DNA of 32,113 nt, from IMG/VR virus record IMGVR_UViG_3300032722_001737. The stretch is one strand, 5' to 3'. The notes beneath the pieces are model-generated. The model did not search any database. It was given only the letters and a program-made list of their open reading frames with translations, and had not been told where the DNA came from. The translations under genes were made by a program, and so were the position numbers. This stretch comes from a virus. The number at the start of each line of letters is the position of its first letter. Positions within the stretch are counted from its first letter, which is position 1. Positions 1 to 8,494 of the stretch are shown here, piece after piece.

Positions 1-11
1 TGGAGGTACTG

Positions 12-248
12 ATGGGCTACCCGATGACGTACGCGAGGCTCGTTAGGCGCAATGGCCTGTACGGTGATTATGACGGCTGTGCTAACGAGCACCGCGGCTG
101 CATCAGGGGTGACATGCGCAGGCTCGAGCTGGACACGCGTGACGAGCAGCGCATGTACGCTGACACCGCAGGCATCACACCCGAGCAGGTGAAAGCAGTG
201 TTCGACAAGTTCTTTGACGACGGGTGCGAACCCTTCAAGGGTTCTTGA
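12..248 (+). CDS. hypothetical protein (78 aa)
   Basis: ATG at 12 lies 5 nt after GGAGG. The gene is convergent with the minus-strand operon and overlaps it by 14 nt. Confidence 0.5.
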   Translation: MGYPMTYARLVRRNGLYGDYDGCANEHRGCIRGDMRRLELDTRDEQRMYADTAGITPEQVKAVFDKFFDDGCEPFKGS

Positions 249-495
249 CGACGCGAACTATCACTGATATTCCAGCTCCATTGCTGCCACGATCACGTCG
301 CCAGTCACCATCGATCTCTAACGCAGTGTGAAGTCCTTTTGCGTTGAGCCATGTGATTTGGCCATCATAGATGGCAATGAGCATGTTGACTCCTCCGATG
401 TGGACGAAGCGCCTGAGCACTGATGACCACATCGAGTCTCGATCGACGAGTTCACCGTTCGTGTCAGTCCACTCGATGAAGTCGCCCGGTTTCAT
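235..495 (-). CDS. hypothetical protein (86 aa), last gene of a minus-strand operon
   Basis: ATGA overlap with the upstream gene at 492-495. Confidence 0.5.
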   Translation of the reverse strand: MKPGDFIEWTDTNGELVDRDSMWSSVLRRFVHIGGVNMLIAIYDGQITWLNAKGLHTALEIDGDWRRDRGSNGAGISVIVRVVKNP

Positions 496-791
496 CCGAC
501 AACGTCGAGGTCCTCAGGCAGGTACCCGTAGCGCAGGTTGCTGGGTTGCCATCTGACGTTCACCTCGAGGTGAGGATACTGCGGGAACACAGGGTCCTCC
601 ACGATGCCAACGCACTCGCCGAACTCCTCAACGTGGTCGTTTGAGCAGAAGATGCAGACGTAGTTCGGATCGTTGTAATCAGTGCTGGTCAGACCCCTGT
701 CGTGGAGGCGCACGTGCTTTGTCGGTGTGCAATTGCCGCGCATGCGCTTCTTGAGCTGCTCTGACATCCTGACGCGTGTGCCGCGCTTCAC
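492..791 (-). CDS. hypothetical Cys-containing protein (99 aa)
   Basis: ATGA overlaps on both sides. Contains a CIFCS...EC motif. Confidence 0.5.
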   Translation of the reverse strand: MKRGTRVRMSEQLKKRMRGNCTPTKHVRLHDRGLTSTDYNDPNYVCIFCSNDHVEEFGECVGIVEDPVFPQYPHLEVNVRWQPSNLRYGYLPEDLDVVG

Positions 792-1102
792 TTTCCTTCG
801 AGCTCCTTCGCCCGTGAGTCAGGCATCGTCCACCCGGCCGCGAGAGCCTTCTTTTCCCATGCCTGCAATCCCTTGGGTGGCACAGGAAATGTCCCACCCC
901 ACCCGCAGTGGTAACAGTTGGCCTCGGGGCACGGATTTTCGAGGGTCATTCCGTGGCATTCATCATTGTCGTCAATCATGCATTCACAGATGAAACCTTC
1001 GCACAAGCCTGCTGGATCCTCATAATCACACTTGTCCAGACCGCCTTTGCCGTGACCATGCGCAGGGGCACCACACTTGGGACACTTCCATTCAAATTTC
1101 AT
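788..1102 (-). CDS. Cys-rich zinc-finger/zinc-ribbon protein (104 aa, 12 Cys, CPKCG motif)
   Basis: CxxC pairs are present. The gene is translationally coupled within the operon. Confidence 0.55.
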   Translation of the reverse strand: MKFEWKCPKCGAPAHGHGKGGLDKCDYEDPAGLCEGFICECMIDDNDECHGMTLENPCPEANCYHCGWGGTFPVPPKGLQAWEKKALAAGWTMPDSRAKELEGK

Positions 1103-1112
1103 TGTGTTCCTT

Positions 1113-1931
1113 TCAACTGAAAGTGCTCACGTCACCATGAATTAGGAACTTACGAATCTTGTTCCCGCGGAGCGCCTCCTCCTCAGAAGGTTGACCACGA
1201 CGACCCTTACCGAAATCGGTGGTCGCATCGACTGTGACGATCTGCTTCTCAGGAAGCACGTATGCGTGGAGCTGGCGACCGAACACCGCACCGCCGTCGA
1301 TTCCAATCGCATGCTCGGTGATGAGCGGCTTGTCCAGGACGCTGTGACCGAACACGATCGTCTCGGGCCCTTGCCAGAACGTAGTCCAGAAAGCCCACCC
1401 GGGTTCGTTGTCAGGAACGCGTGACGGCCACTTCGACTTTCGCAGAAGCATGGGCTTGCCTTCTTCGTCGAAAGGTCTGATAGATTGTATGTGCAGCAGG
1501 TGCTGCGGTTCCTGCGCTTCGATGGGACGCCCGGGCCACGCACCGGCGTGAACTGCAACGACGTTGTGCTCCGGTACGCGGATGAAGAACGGAATGAACC
1601 TCATCCATTCGTAGTGCTCGAGCCTGAGCTGCTTCCGCGTTTCAATGTGGGAAGCAGGCATCCTGGACTCGTCCAGTTTCTCGCCCCAAGAGATCAGGCG
1701 TTCGTAGTGCAGGTGTTTTTCCTCGTGATTTCCCATGATGCCAGCGGACGAGCCTTGAAGCTGCTCACGCTGCCGAACGAGGTCGATGCATCCTGCGCTC
1801 TTGGGACCACGATCGACGTAGTCGCCAAGAAAGATGATCCGATCGCCGGGCGAAGGATCGACCTTCTTTAGGAGCGCGACTGTCTCATCGTACATGCCAT
1901 GAAGGTCACCTATGAAGATCGTCCTGCTCAT
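1113..1931 (-). CDS. PPP-family metallophosphoesterase, Ser/Thr protein phosphatase (lambda-PPase/ApaH-like)
   Basis: Carries the GDLHG, GDYVDRG and GNHE signature motifs in the canonical order. Confidence 0.85.
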   Translation of the reverse strand: MSRTIFIGDLHGMYDETVALLKKVDPSPGDRIIFLGDYVDRGPKSAGCIDLVRQREQLQGSSAGIMGNHEEKHLHYERLISWGEKLDESRMPASHIETRKQLRLEHYEWMRFIPFFIRVPEHNVVAVHAGAWPGRPIEAQEPQHLLHIQSIRPFDEEGKPMLLRKSKWPSRVPDNEPGWAFWTTFWQGPETIVFGHSVLDKPLITEHAIGIDGGAVFGRQLHAYVLPEKQIVTVDATTDFGKGRRGQPSEEEALRGNKIRKFLIHGDVSTFS

Positions 1932-1932
1932 G

Positions 1933-2211
1933 TTACTTGGAGTTCAGCTTGCAACCGAGGATGTCAGCCTTCGACTTTGCTTCCTCGATCGTCAAGTAGA
2001 CGCCGATGTTGCGGTCCGTGCGCCACGGACGGTGACCCCACAGCTGGTACTGCGGTGACATCTGCGGAGGTGACCACATCTCGACGAAGCAATAGTCGAT
2101 CTCACCGTTCGAACGTGCTGAACTCACCGCAGTCCATCCTCCGAACAGGATGAGCATGATGATGAGCAACAATACTGTGATTCCAAACATTTTTTCGAGC
2201 ATGTTTTCCAC
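1933..2211 (-). CDS. small membrane protein (92 aa) with an N-terminal TM helix
   Basis: Hydrophobic N-terminus ITVLLLIIMLILFGGW. Lies adjacent to the phosphatase start. Confidence 0.5.
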   Translation of the reverse strand: MENMLEKMFGITVLLLIIMLILFGGWTAVSSARSNGEIDYCFVEMWSPPQMSPQYQLWGHRPWRTDRNIGVYLTIEEAKSKADILGCKLNSK

Positions 2212-2220
2212 GTTTTCCTT

Positions 2221-2406
2221 TCAGTTCACGTCCATCTTCGTCGCAGGAAATACAATTTCAGCAGGGTCTGCGTCCTTGATGTCGACCACAAGGATCGTCT
2301 CCTTGTGCACTGGGAAGGGCGTACCAAACCTCGTCAAAAATGTCGACGTCCTTTCAAACCCCATCAGCATCAGGTGCAAGGACATCCAGTCAATGAAGCG
2401 CCTCAT
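2221..2406 (-). CDS. hypothetical protein (61 aa), first gene of the minus-strand operon
   Basis: Canonical leaderless promoter: GTGTAAA-N17-TAGAAT-N6-ATG. Confidence 0.5.
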   Translation of the reverse strand: MRRFIDWMSLHLMLMGFERTSTFLTRFGTPFPVHKETILVVDIKDADPAEIVFPATKMDVN

Positions 2407-2442
2407 GTGAGGATTCTACCACCGTCGCTGTCCTATTTACAC
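2407..2442 (-). promoter_or_regulatory. bipartite promoter GTGTAAA-N17-TAGAAT, 6 nt upstream of ATG 2406
   Basis: Plus-strand tttacac at 2436-2442 and attcta at 2413-2418, 17 nt apart. Confidence 0.55.
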
Positions 2443-2446
2443 TGCA

Positions 2447-2539
2447 ATGAGTTCTGATCTGAGGTTCGTGACAACGTTGTTCATGATGCTCACAATCGTC
2501 CTCGTCGCAGGGTATGTCTTCGCGCGGGTCTTCAATTGA
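2447..2539 (+). CDS. possible 30-aa hydrophobic mini-protein
   Basis: Translation MSSDLRFVTTLFMMLTIVLVAGYVFARVFN. Below the ORF-track cutoff and with no clear SD. Confidence 0.2.
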   Translation: MSSDLRFVTTLFMMLTIVLVAGYVFARVFN

Positions 2540-2571
2540 AAAACGCGTGACTACTTATTGTTGAGGTTCAA

Positions 2572-3072
2572 ATGTCAAACTTGTACGCAGGCGCTCTTGA
2601 AATTTCAGGAGCAGCAACGTTAGGTTCTCTTAACGTCATCGGTTCAACATCAAACGCTGGAAAGATGTTCGTGTCCGGAAACTTTTCAGCAGGTCAGAAT
2701 TTGGGCTCTCCAAATGTTTTCACTGCAATCAATCAATGGCTAACATCTTCATGGAAATCGAGCGTTACGACTAGTGGCAGTACGTCTATGCAGATCAATG
2801 CTCCTGGCTCGTATTTACACATTACGAATATGTCATTTTCTGGTTCTGCAGGCGTCTACACGTTTGCAAAATTTGAAAACGGATATCCTGATCCAGATTG
2901 CATGGTTCAAACGACAATTGCGAACGGTCAACCTTTTCCTGTGAACGTTACGTTGTCAGACGTTGATATGTACAATACAAGTGACGTCGTTGACATTCGT
3001 GTAAAGAGCAACAACGCCGGTGCAAATTTTCAATTGAACTTTGGTAACTTCATGATGCTCAAGGTGTTCTGA
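2572..3072 (+). CDS. Ser/Thr/Gly/Asn-rich protein (166 aa) in an AT-rich island; possible moron or fibre-like fragment
   Basis: SD GAGGT is present. GC is well below the flanks and the amino-acid composition is atypical. Confidence 0.55.
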   Translation: MSNLYAGALEISGAATLGSLNVIGSTSNAGKMFVSGNFSAGQNLGSPNVFTAINQWLTSSWKSSVTTSGSTSMQINAPGSYLHITNMSFSGSAGVYTFAKFENGYPDPDCMVQTTIANGQPFPVNVTLSDVDMYNTSDVVDIRVKSNNAGANFQLNFGNFMMLKVF

Positions 3073-3090
3073 GCTTTCATACTTATCAGA

Positions 3091-3969
3091 ATGAGGGTCA
3101 GGCTTTCAGAACTGCGTGTCGCGATACTCGATGTCCTCCTCGAAGCGATCGACCTTGACAGGCTAGCGAAACGGGGCCTTCGCGGGCGCACGCTGATGAG
3201 GTTGGGTTCACAGAATTGGGACGCTGACGAGACAGAAGAAGATGACTATGGCCTCAATGTCCCTGAAGAGGGAGACGATGAGCTCGTTCTCGTTGACAAT
3301 AAAGGCGTCGTGGTCGCTAGCGTTTCAATCGAGGGAGACAGTGACGGCGAATGGAAGGACATTGCATCGTTGTACGCACACACGCCCGCTGATGCTGTGA
3401 CGATCATGATGGCAGCGCTTGGGTACTGGAGGGCGATCAACCCATCACAGAACGTGTCACCTGCAGCGCAGTCAGTGATCAAGCGCTATTATGATCAGTA
3501 CAAGGACGATCCCACACGCATCATGCAGCAATCGAGCTCAACGCGTTGGCAACCATGGCTCACTGCAATCTATCTCGCTCCTTCGAACATGCCTGAGCCG
3601 AACGTCAAGACTCCTCGCAACATAGAACAGTTGCGATCCCTCCAAAGACAGTCAACCATTGGCTTCGGTCAGATATACAGAGACAAAACAAAGACACGAA
3701 AGCATGACCTCGAGCTCCTGTGCAAGCTGCACAACTGGACAGAGGTCGTTGACCTGATCCATGATGCTGCTCGTGATGAGGACCCCGACTCACCCCTCGT
3801 GTGGAAGATCAGAAAGTGGGCGCATGATGATCCCGCTGGTTTGAAGCAGGTCATCGACAAGGTCCTGATGATGCCTGACTTCATGCGTTACGAGGTCAAG
3901 GAAGCGTTCAAGAAGTGGAACATCCCGCTCGGTGCGTTGAAGCCGTTACATGGTGAACCCGACCTGTGA
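3091..3969 (+). CDS. hypothetical protein (292 aa)
   Basis: Long ORF with high GC3. Its N-terminus, MRVRLSELRVAILDVLLEAI, is paralogous to the next gene. Confidence 0.6.
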   Translation: MRVRLSELRVAILDVLLEAIDLDRLAKRGLRGRTLMRLGSQNWDADETEEDDYGLNVPEEGDDELVLVDNKGVVVASVSIEGDSDGEWKDIASLYAHTPADAVTIMMAALGYWRAINPSQNVSPAAQSVIKRYYDQYKDDPTRIMQQSSSTRWQPWLTAIYLAPSNMPEPNVKTPRNIEQLRSLQRQSTIGFGQIYRDKTKTRKHDLELLCKLHNWTEVVDLIHDAARDEDPDSPLVWKIRKWAHDDPAGLKQVIDKVLMMPDFMRYEVKEAFKKWNIPLGALKPLHGEPDL

Positions 3970-3990
3970 CGTGACAGTATAGTTACAAGC
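3953..3990 (+). promoter_or_regulatory. promoter GTGAACC-N18-TATAGT-N7-ATG (leaderless type)
   Basis: Matches the window-wide promoter family. Confidence 0.4.
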
Positions 3991-4320
3991 ATGAGAATCC
4001 GCATGGGCACGCTGCGACGCATCATCCACGAGGCGTTGCTCGATGAGGAAGCGGCGAACCACGCATGGCCCGGACAGCCTCAGGCGAAGAACGTGTTGTC
4101 GCCTGACATCAATAGCAGAGAACAACTCGGCGCGATCTCAGCGAAAGCGATCGATACTGTAAATGACGAAGATGGACTTCCTGAACATCTTCGTGAACCA
4201 CAAGTAAAACCTAGCGACTGCTGGGGCCCAGTTCCCCCAGATTCGGACCCGGTTCATGTCAGCGCCGATCCATTTTCGAGGGACTACTCGCCCCTACCCA
4301 CCGGGAACATCAAGAGATAG
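3991..4320 (+). CDS. hypothetical protein (109 aa); N-terminus MRIRMGTLRRIIHEALLDEE
   Basis: N-terminal motif is shared with the 3091 gene. Confidence 0.55.
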   Translation: MRIRMGTLRRIIHEALLDEEAANHAWPGQPQAKNVLSPDINSREQLGAISAKAIDTVNDEDGLPEHLREPQVKPSDCWGPVPPDSDPVHVSADPFSRDYSPLPTGNIKR

Positions 4321-4379
4321 ATCAATAGTACTACTTGTCTACGTACAATTTCAATTGTCGATCAATTACGATTAATCGT

Positions 4380-4643
4380 TTAAGCGCTGAGTTCCTCGAA
4401 GTCTGCGTCCCATGACGCGACCCATCCGTAAGTGTCATTAGCAAGGACGAACAGGAAGTGCCCTGATCCTGTGTCTACCTCATCGTGCCGCGCCAGGAAG
4501 AGCGCGAGGCACCTTTTCCTGACCTCGAGGCCGGCTAGTGCGTACGCCTGATCGGAGTTGCTAATCCGTTTAGGCGCCCTTCGCATGATGATCGACCCTG
4601 AACCATCCTTCGGTCCCATGATGAGCAGATCACCCGTCAGCAT
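4380..4643 (-). CDS. hypothetical protein (about 87 aa)
   Basis: ORF with an ATG at 4643 (or TTG at 4649). No clear SD. Confidence 0.4.
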   Translation of the reverse strand: MLTGDLLIMGPKDGSGSIIMRRAPKRISNSDQAYALAGLEVRKRCLALFLARHDEVDTGSGHFLFVLANDTYGWVASWDADFEELSA

Positions 4644-4760
4644 CGTCAACCATGCGTCTCAGTTGCTCGGCGAGCGTTCGCTTGATGACACACGTTTTCT
4701 CTCCCACGTGCAGGATGACGTAGTCACGTTCAGTCGAACGGAAGAACGCATTTGCTTTTG

Positions 4761-4964
4761 TCACTGCTTCGACTGACCAGTCTTCTTCGCCACACACACC
4801 ATTCTCGGTATTTCTGAGAACGTCAGATCATGCACTCTGTGCCATTCAGACACGATGCCACACTTACGACAAGTATCATCCTGTTCGAGGAGCTTAACAA
4901 TACTGTCGCCTCTCGTGCTGTATTCGTCTAGTTTATGCATGTTCACTTTCGTATGTAGTGCCAT
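4761..4964 (-). CDS. small zinc-ribbon protein (67 aa, CRKCG)
   Basis: Contains a CxxC motif. Overlaps the upstream gene end. Confidence 0.4.
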   Translation of the reverse strand: MALHTKVNMHKLDEYSTRGDSIVKLLEQDDTCRKCGIVSEWHRVHDLTFSEIPRMVCVAKKTGQSKQ

Positions 4965-5494
4965 CGATCTGTGTCAAAACGCGTGGGTCGACGTGCTGCA
5001 CAACCGATGTCCTTGCACATGAGCGTCCCGTCGCAGGAGTGTTCGAGTCCCATGGCATGCCCAATTTCATGAGCGAATGTGATGACCATCTGGTCAGGCG
5101 TGTAGTCCTCATTCGCGTAGATGAACTGCCGGACAGTGACGTCAGCGTGGCCCGTGAAATCGTTCCACACCGTCTTCCCCAGAGGTGAGAACTCCCCGCC
5201 TGGGTGGATGCAGATCTCCCTAGGCTCGTAGGTGCACTGCGTGATCCTCACCTCGTCGAACGGCTTGTCGTAAGGCAGTGCCTTCTCCCAATCAGAGATT
5301 GCCTCCTCTATCAGTGCGATGTCAGTGCTCGAGAATGCAGGGTCGATGTCTACGTTGTAGGAGCTCGGCGGCTTGTCGACTGGCTTCATCCCCTCGACGA
5401 GGCACACGGCGCCGCCGCAGCTCGCGAGCACCGCGACAGTCATGAGCGCCAGCGTCACCCTGCTCGGTGATTCACAACGTTCCCTTCTTTTCAT
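4943..5494 (-). CDS. secreted lipoprotein zinc metalloprotease (metzincin, HEIGHAMGLEH)
   Basis: HExxHxxGxxH motif. Signal peptide with lipobox LASC. ATGA overlap with the upstream HE gene. Confidence 0.8.
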   Translation of the reverse strand: MKRRERCESPSRVTLALMTVAVLASCGGAVCLVEGMKPVDKPPSSYNVDIDPAFSSTDIALIEEAISDWEKALPYDKPFDEVRITQCTYEPREICIHPGGEFSPLGKTVWNDFTGHADVTVRQFIYANEDYTPDQMVITFAHEIGHAMGLEHSCDGTLMCKDIGCAARRPTRFDTDRWHYIRK

Positions 5495-6159
5495 TCACAT
5501 GCACCCACGTCCAATGTATTGGATGGCCTAATACGTTGGTCTAAAGAGTTATCTTGGGCCAACGTGGGAGCCGTGGTGGCCAATTTAGAGGCCTTATGGG
5601 CTGCCCAATAAGCTTTGACACCTTCACTGATATTCTTACGTGATTCTAGCGATCTTTTTTGTCCACGTAACGTTTTGCTGAGATTTGCTTTTTCTACGTC
5701 TGAAAGACGTCGCTTTGATGCAGCAATCGAAAGTCGTTGACGCGTTATTTCACTACGTTTTTCTCCCTTACATTTTCTTTGCGCATCAGCCATTCGTTTT
5801 CTTGTGAATTCAGAAGGAGGTTCGCGTCTCCGTCGTTTTTCGCTCATTTTGAGTTTAGATTCAGGACTAGCGTTTAATACGCCTTCGCCTCCATCAGTCA
5901 AATTCGATCCCCAGTGACCCTCAAGACCATGGTGAGTTTTCAACAGTGCAATCAATTCGACTTCACGGTCAAGTGCCCATCGTTCAACGAGCGTCTCAAA
6001 AACGATGATGCGTTTCTTGTGGCCGTGTTTTGCAACAATATTCTTCCAAATCACGTTACGAGGTTTGACATTTTTCAGACGTCGCTTGTTGCCCTTTCCA
6101 ACATAGAAAGGTCGATCATCACTTGTGATATCAATGTAAGTGTAATAACGTTTGAACAT
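5491..6159 (-). mobile_element. GIY-YIG homing endonuclease (222 aa) with NUMOD-like basic repeats, in an AT-rich island
   Basis: Motifs YTYIDI...FYVGKG...R...E...N(TDGGEG) and basic NUMOD3-like repeats. ATGA overlaps at both ends. Confidence 0.85.
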
Positions 6160-6569
6160 CACGTTTCTTCCATTCCCTTCTCTGCCATGATCTCCTTGAG
6201 AAGGTTTCCCAACTCGACGTATTTTGAACCGAGAGTCACGATGTCGACCTTGCTGAGTCGCTTCACGTCGTAGGAACATACGTACTTGGGACGCTTTGTG
6301 CCGAGACCAAAGAAGTCGAACACAGGTTGCAGTTGAACGTATCCCTCCTTCTCGCGAAGTTGGACGCGCTTGCCGTTGAAGTCGCGATAGATACGTACAC
6401 TCCTCCTGTACCTGCGACCTGCTACTACCTTGACGTACTCTTCCTCGGGTTTGACAGGGACGGGCGCATGCTCACGCACGATCCTGTAGATCTCACCGCC
6501 CCAGCTCGCAGCTCTGACACAGACGAAGTCACCCTCAGCTAGGTTGTATTCAGCGAGCGTGCGTGTCAT
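6159..6569 (-). CDS. hypothetical protein (136 aa)
   Basis: Translationally coupled (ATGA) to the HE gene. Confidence 0.55.
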   Translation of the reverse strand: MTRTLAEYNLAEGDFVCVRAASWGGEIYRIVREHAPVPVKPEEEYVKVVAGRRYRRSVRIYRDFNGKRVQLREKEGYVQLQPVFDFFGLGTKRPKYVCSYDVKRLSKVDIVTLGSKYVELGNLLKEIMAEKGMEET

Positions 6570-7203
6570 TCTCTTCCTCGATGATGTGTGACCATTTCTT
6601 CATGAGCTCAGTTCCCACCGCCTTTTCCATCAACAACTTGCTTTCTGCGCTGATCCCGACGGGCGTGGATCGCTTGCCAAATGCAGATCGTAGCCAAGAT
6701 CGAAAAGATGACAGCCTCGATTGCGTGCGTGTGATCAACCATCTGATGCCCTTCCATATCATCTTAACCCATGCAGGCCCGGAATTGCATCTCCTGTCGA
6801 GCCATGTTTCCATGCCCGGGTACTTGTAGTCAAGGTAGAAGATTCCTCCGACAGGTATCGTCATGGGTTGGATTGAAACGAGTTGTGGAGCACGTAGTAG
6901 TGGGAACGTACTCCTGACGAGAGGAAGCGCGAATTGCCCGAAGCCAGTGAAGTGCTTCGGTTCCTTACTCCACAACACGGTGATCTGCCTTACAACATTA
7001 CTTTCGTACTCCACGGCAATGACGATGCCGAGGGAGCTGCGGTCGCCAGTGTGGGCAATCGTCCCCGCGTGGTACACCCAGTCACCGGGCGTGAGCGTGT
7101 TTCCTGCGTCCTTCGGATCGAAGTGACAGATGCAGGATGGATGATCGTACCTGGTGAAAGGCGTTTCTACGTCAGGCCTCGTGTACGTCTTGAGCGAGCT
7201 CAC
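6550..7203 (-). CDS. paralog family A (217 aa): LKTYT N-terminus, PGDWV...GIVIAVEYESNVVRQITVLWS core
   Basis: Shares the core motif with the genes at 7200, 7498, 7800 and 12481. Confidence 0.55.
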   Translation of the reverse strand: MSSLKTYTRPDVETPFTRYDHPSCICHFDPKDAGNTLTPGDWVYHAGTIAHTGDRSSLGIVIAVEYESNVVRQITVLWSKEPKHFTGFGQFALPLVRSTFPLLRAPQLVSIQPMTIPVGGIFYLDYKYPGMETWLDRRCNSGPAWVKMIWKGIRWLITRTQSRLSSFRSWLRSAFGKRSTPVGISAESKLLMEKAVGTELMKKWSHIIEEENDTHAR

Positions 7204-7505
7204 TTTTTCTTCTCTTCTGGGATGTCAAGTACGTTGATTGTCCCGTAGAAATCCTTCCTAATCTTGGATTTCTCGTAGCGAGGAAGGATCCCTTTCCTCA
7301 TTGTGAAGACGTTCGGATCGAACCACAACGCTAGCTTTGGGACAGTCGACCACAACACGCTGATGTTTGTGGCATCCAAAGACGTGACAATGCCGAACGC
7401 TTCCTCATCCTGACTGTGTATGACAAGCGCGCCTGGAACGAGCGGCTTACCATCCACCACGATGAGAGGATGTGAGTCTGTTTCGTAGATGCGTAGCTCA
7501 CCCAT
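7200..7505 (-). CDS. paralog family B (about 101 aa): FGIVTSLDATNISVLWS
   Basis: Motif conserved. ATGA overlap at 7200-7203. Confidence 0.5.
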   Translation of the reverse strand: MGELRIYETDSHPLIVVDGKPLVPGALVIHSQDEEAFGIVTSLDATNISVLWSTVPKLALWFDPNVFTMRKGILPRYEKSKIRKDFYGTINVLDIPEEKKK

Positions 7506-7803
7506 CCTTTTTCTCCACGATCGCAAGCAGGTCTTTCATGATGTCTGCGTCGATCTGTTCTCGGATCTGCTCTGCTGCATTTGCGTTGACCCTCACGAGC
7601 AATTCAACGGGTATCGTCCACATGACATTTGCGGTCTCTGACTCAAGATCAGATGAGATGACGATGCCGTAAGAATCTGTCTCGCCCTTGTCCCGTTGAG
7701 ACGTACCGAAGAACACCATGTCTCCCGGGAGAGGTACGTAGTCCTTTGTGAAGGGCTCGTACGCTTCCTGAAGAAACCTGAACTCTTCGGTGGTGAACTT
7801 CAT
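7498..7803 (-). CDS. paralog family C (101 aa): PGDMV...YGIVISSDLESETANVMWT
   Basis: ATG at 7803 makes an ATGA overlap with the upstream gene. Confidence 0.55.
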   Translation of the reverse strand: MKFTTEEFRFLQEAYEPFTKDYVPLPGDMVFFGTSQRDKGETDSYGIVISSDLESETANVMWTIPVELLVRVNANAAEQIREQIDADIMKDLLAIVEKKDG

Positions 7804-8114
7804 GTTTTCTTTTCGATGCTGGAGTCGAGCGCTGCCTCGAGATCTTTCGACGAAAGATTCCAACCAGAAGCAGACCTGAAGTCCTCCGCTGACTCAACTG
7901 TCCACGTAGCATCAAGCTTCCGTGACGTTGAGTTGATGCTCCACAGGACAGTGATCTGATACTCATCGTTCCTGTCAATTGCGATGACTAGTCCTTGGAC
8001 GTTGTCGTACCGGTGCTTGACGGCATCGCCAGGCTTTGCGTCGAGGGCGATGACAGACGCTTCGTCGGTCACTTCATCGAACTTGAACCCGGTGTACGTT
8101 TTGAGTTGACTCAC
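7800..8114 (-). CDS. paralog family D (104 aa, GTG start): SQLKTYT...PGDAV...QGLVIAIDRNDEYQITVLWS
   Basis: GTG at 8114 lies 5 nt after AGGGGGA and gives a GTGA overlap with the upstream stop. Confidence 0.55.
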   Translation of the reverse strand: MSQLKTYTGFKFDEVTDEASVIALDAKPGDAVKHRYDNVQGLVIAIDRNDEYQITVLWSINSTSRKLDATWTVESAEDFRSASGWNLSSKDLEAALDSSIEKKT

Positions 8115-8431
8115 TCCATCCCCCTGCGCTTTGCTTCTTCGAGTATGACATTGTCGAGCCTCGTCCTCATCGTTGCTAGCTCCAGGAGCGTGACGTGGTG
8201 CCATCCTGACGGCGTCATTGTCTGCGTACGACACATCACAGGCCACATGAAACCGACAGTGTCAATGACCGGGTCAAATGTGAAGTGATGCGTGTGCCTT
8301 AGGTCCCGGCGCGTCGATGCTTCGATGTGCGTTAGCCTGTAGATCTGACCGGTGTGATCACGATCGTACAGTTCATTCAGGAAGAACTCCCTGCCGTCGT
8401 ACTCCCCACTCAGAAGGCTTTCTTCATCCAT
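8111..8431 (-). CDS. hypothetical protein (106 aa), first gene after the MVP terminator
   Basis: Upstream elements are TATGAT, a 17-nt spacer and a GAGG SD. Confidence 0.55.
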   Translation of the reverse strand: MDEESLLSGEYDGREFFLNELYDRDHTGQIYRLTHIEASTRRDLRHTHHFTFDPVIDTVGFMWPVMCRTQTMTPSGWHHVTLLELATMRTRLDNVILEEAKRRGME

Positions 8432-8457
8432 CTGTGATACCTCAGTTCATCATACGG

Positions 8458-8494
8458 CATCGGGCCGCGAAGGACATGCCCCCGCGGCCCGATG
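8458..8494 (-). terminator. perfect 12-bp GC-rich stem-loop (CATCGGGCCGCG / 13-nt loop / CGCGGCCCGATG) downstream of the MVP stop; no U-tract
   Basis: Seen directly in the sequence. Sits between the MVP stop (8516) and the next gene start (8431). Confidence 0.6.

Noticed and set aside
1142-1558. ORFs overlapping the phosphatase gene (1142..1558 minus, 1191..1424 plus, 1485..1871 plus)
   Set aside because: The phosphatase frame carries the complete PPP motif set. The others are off-frame or antisense.
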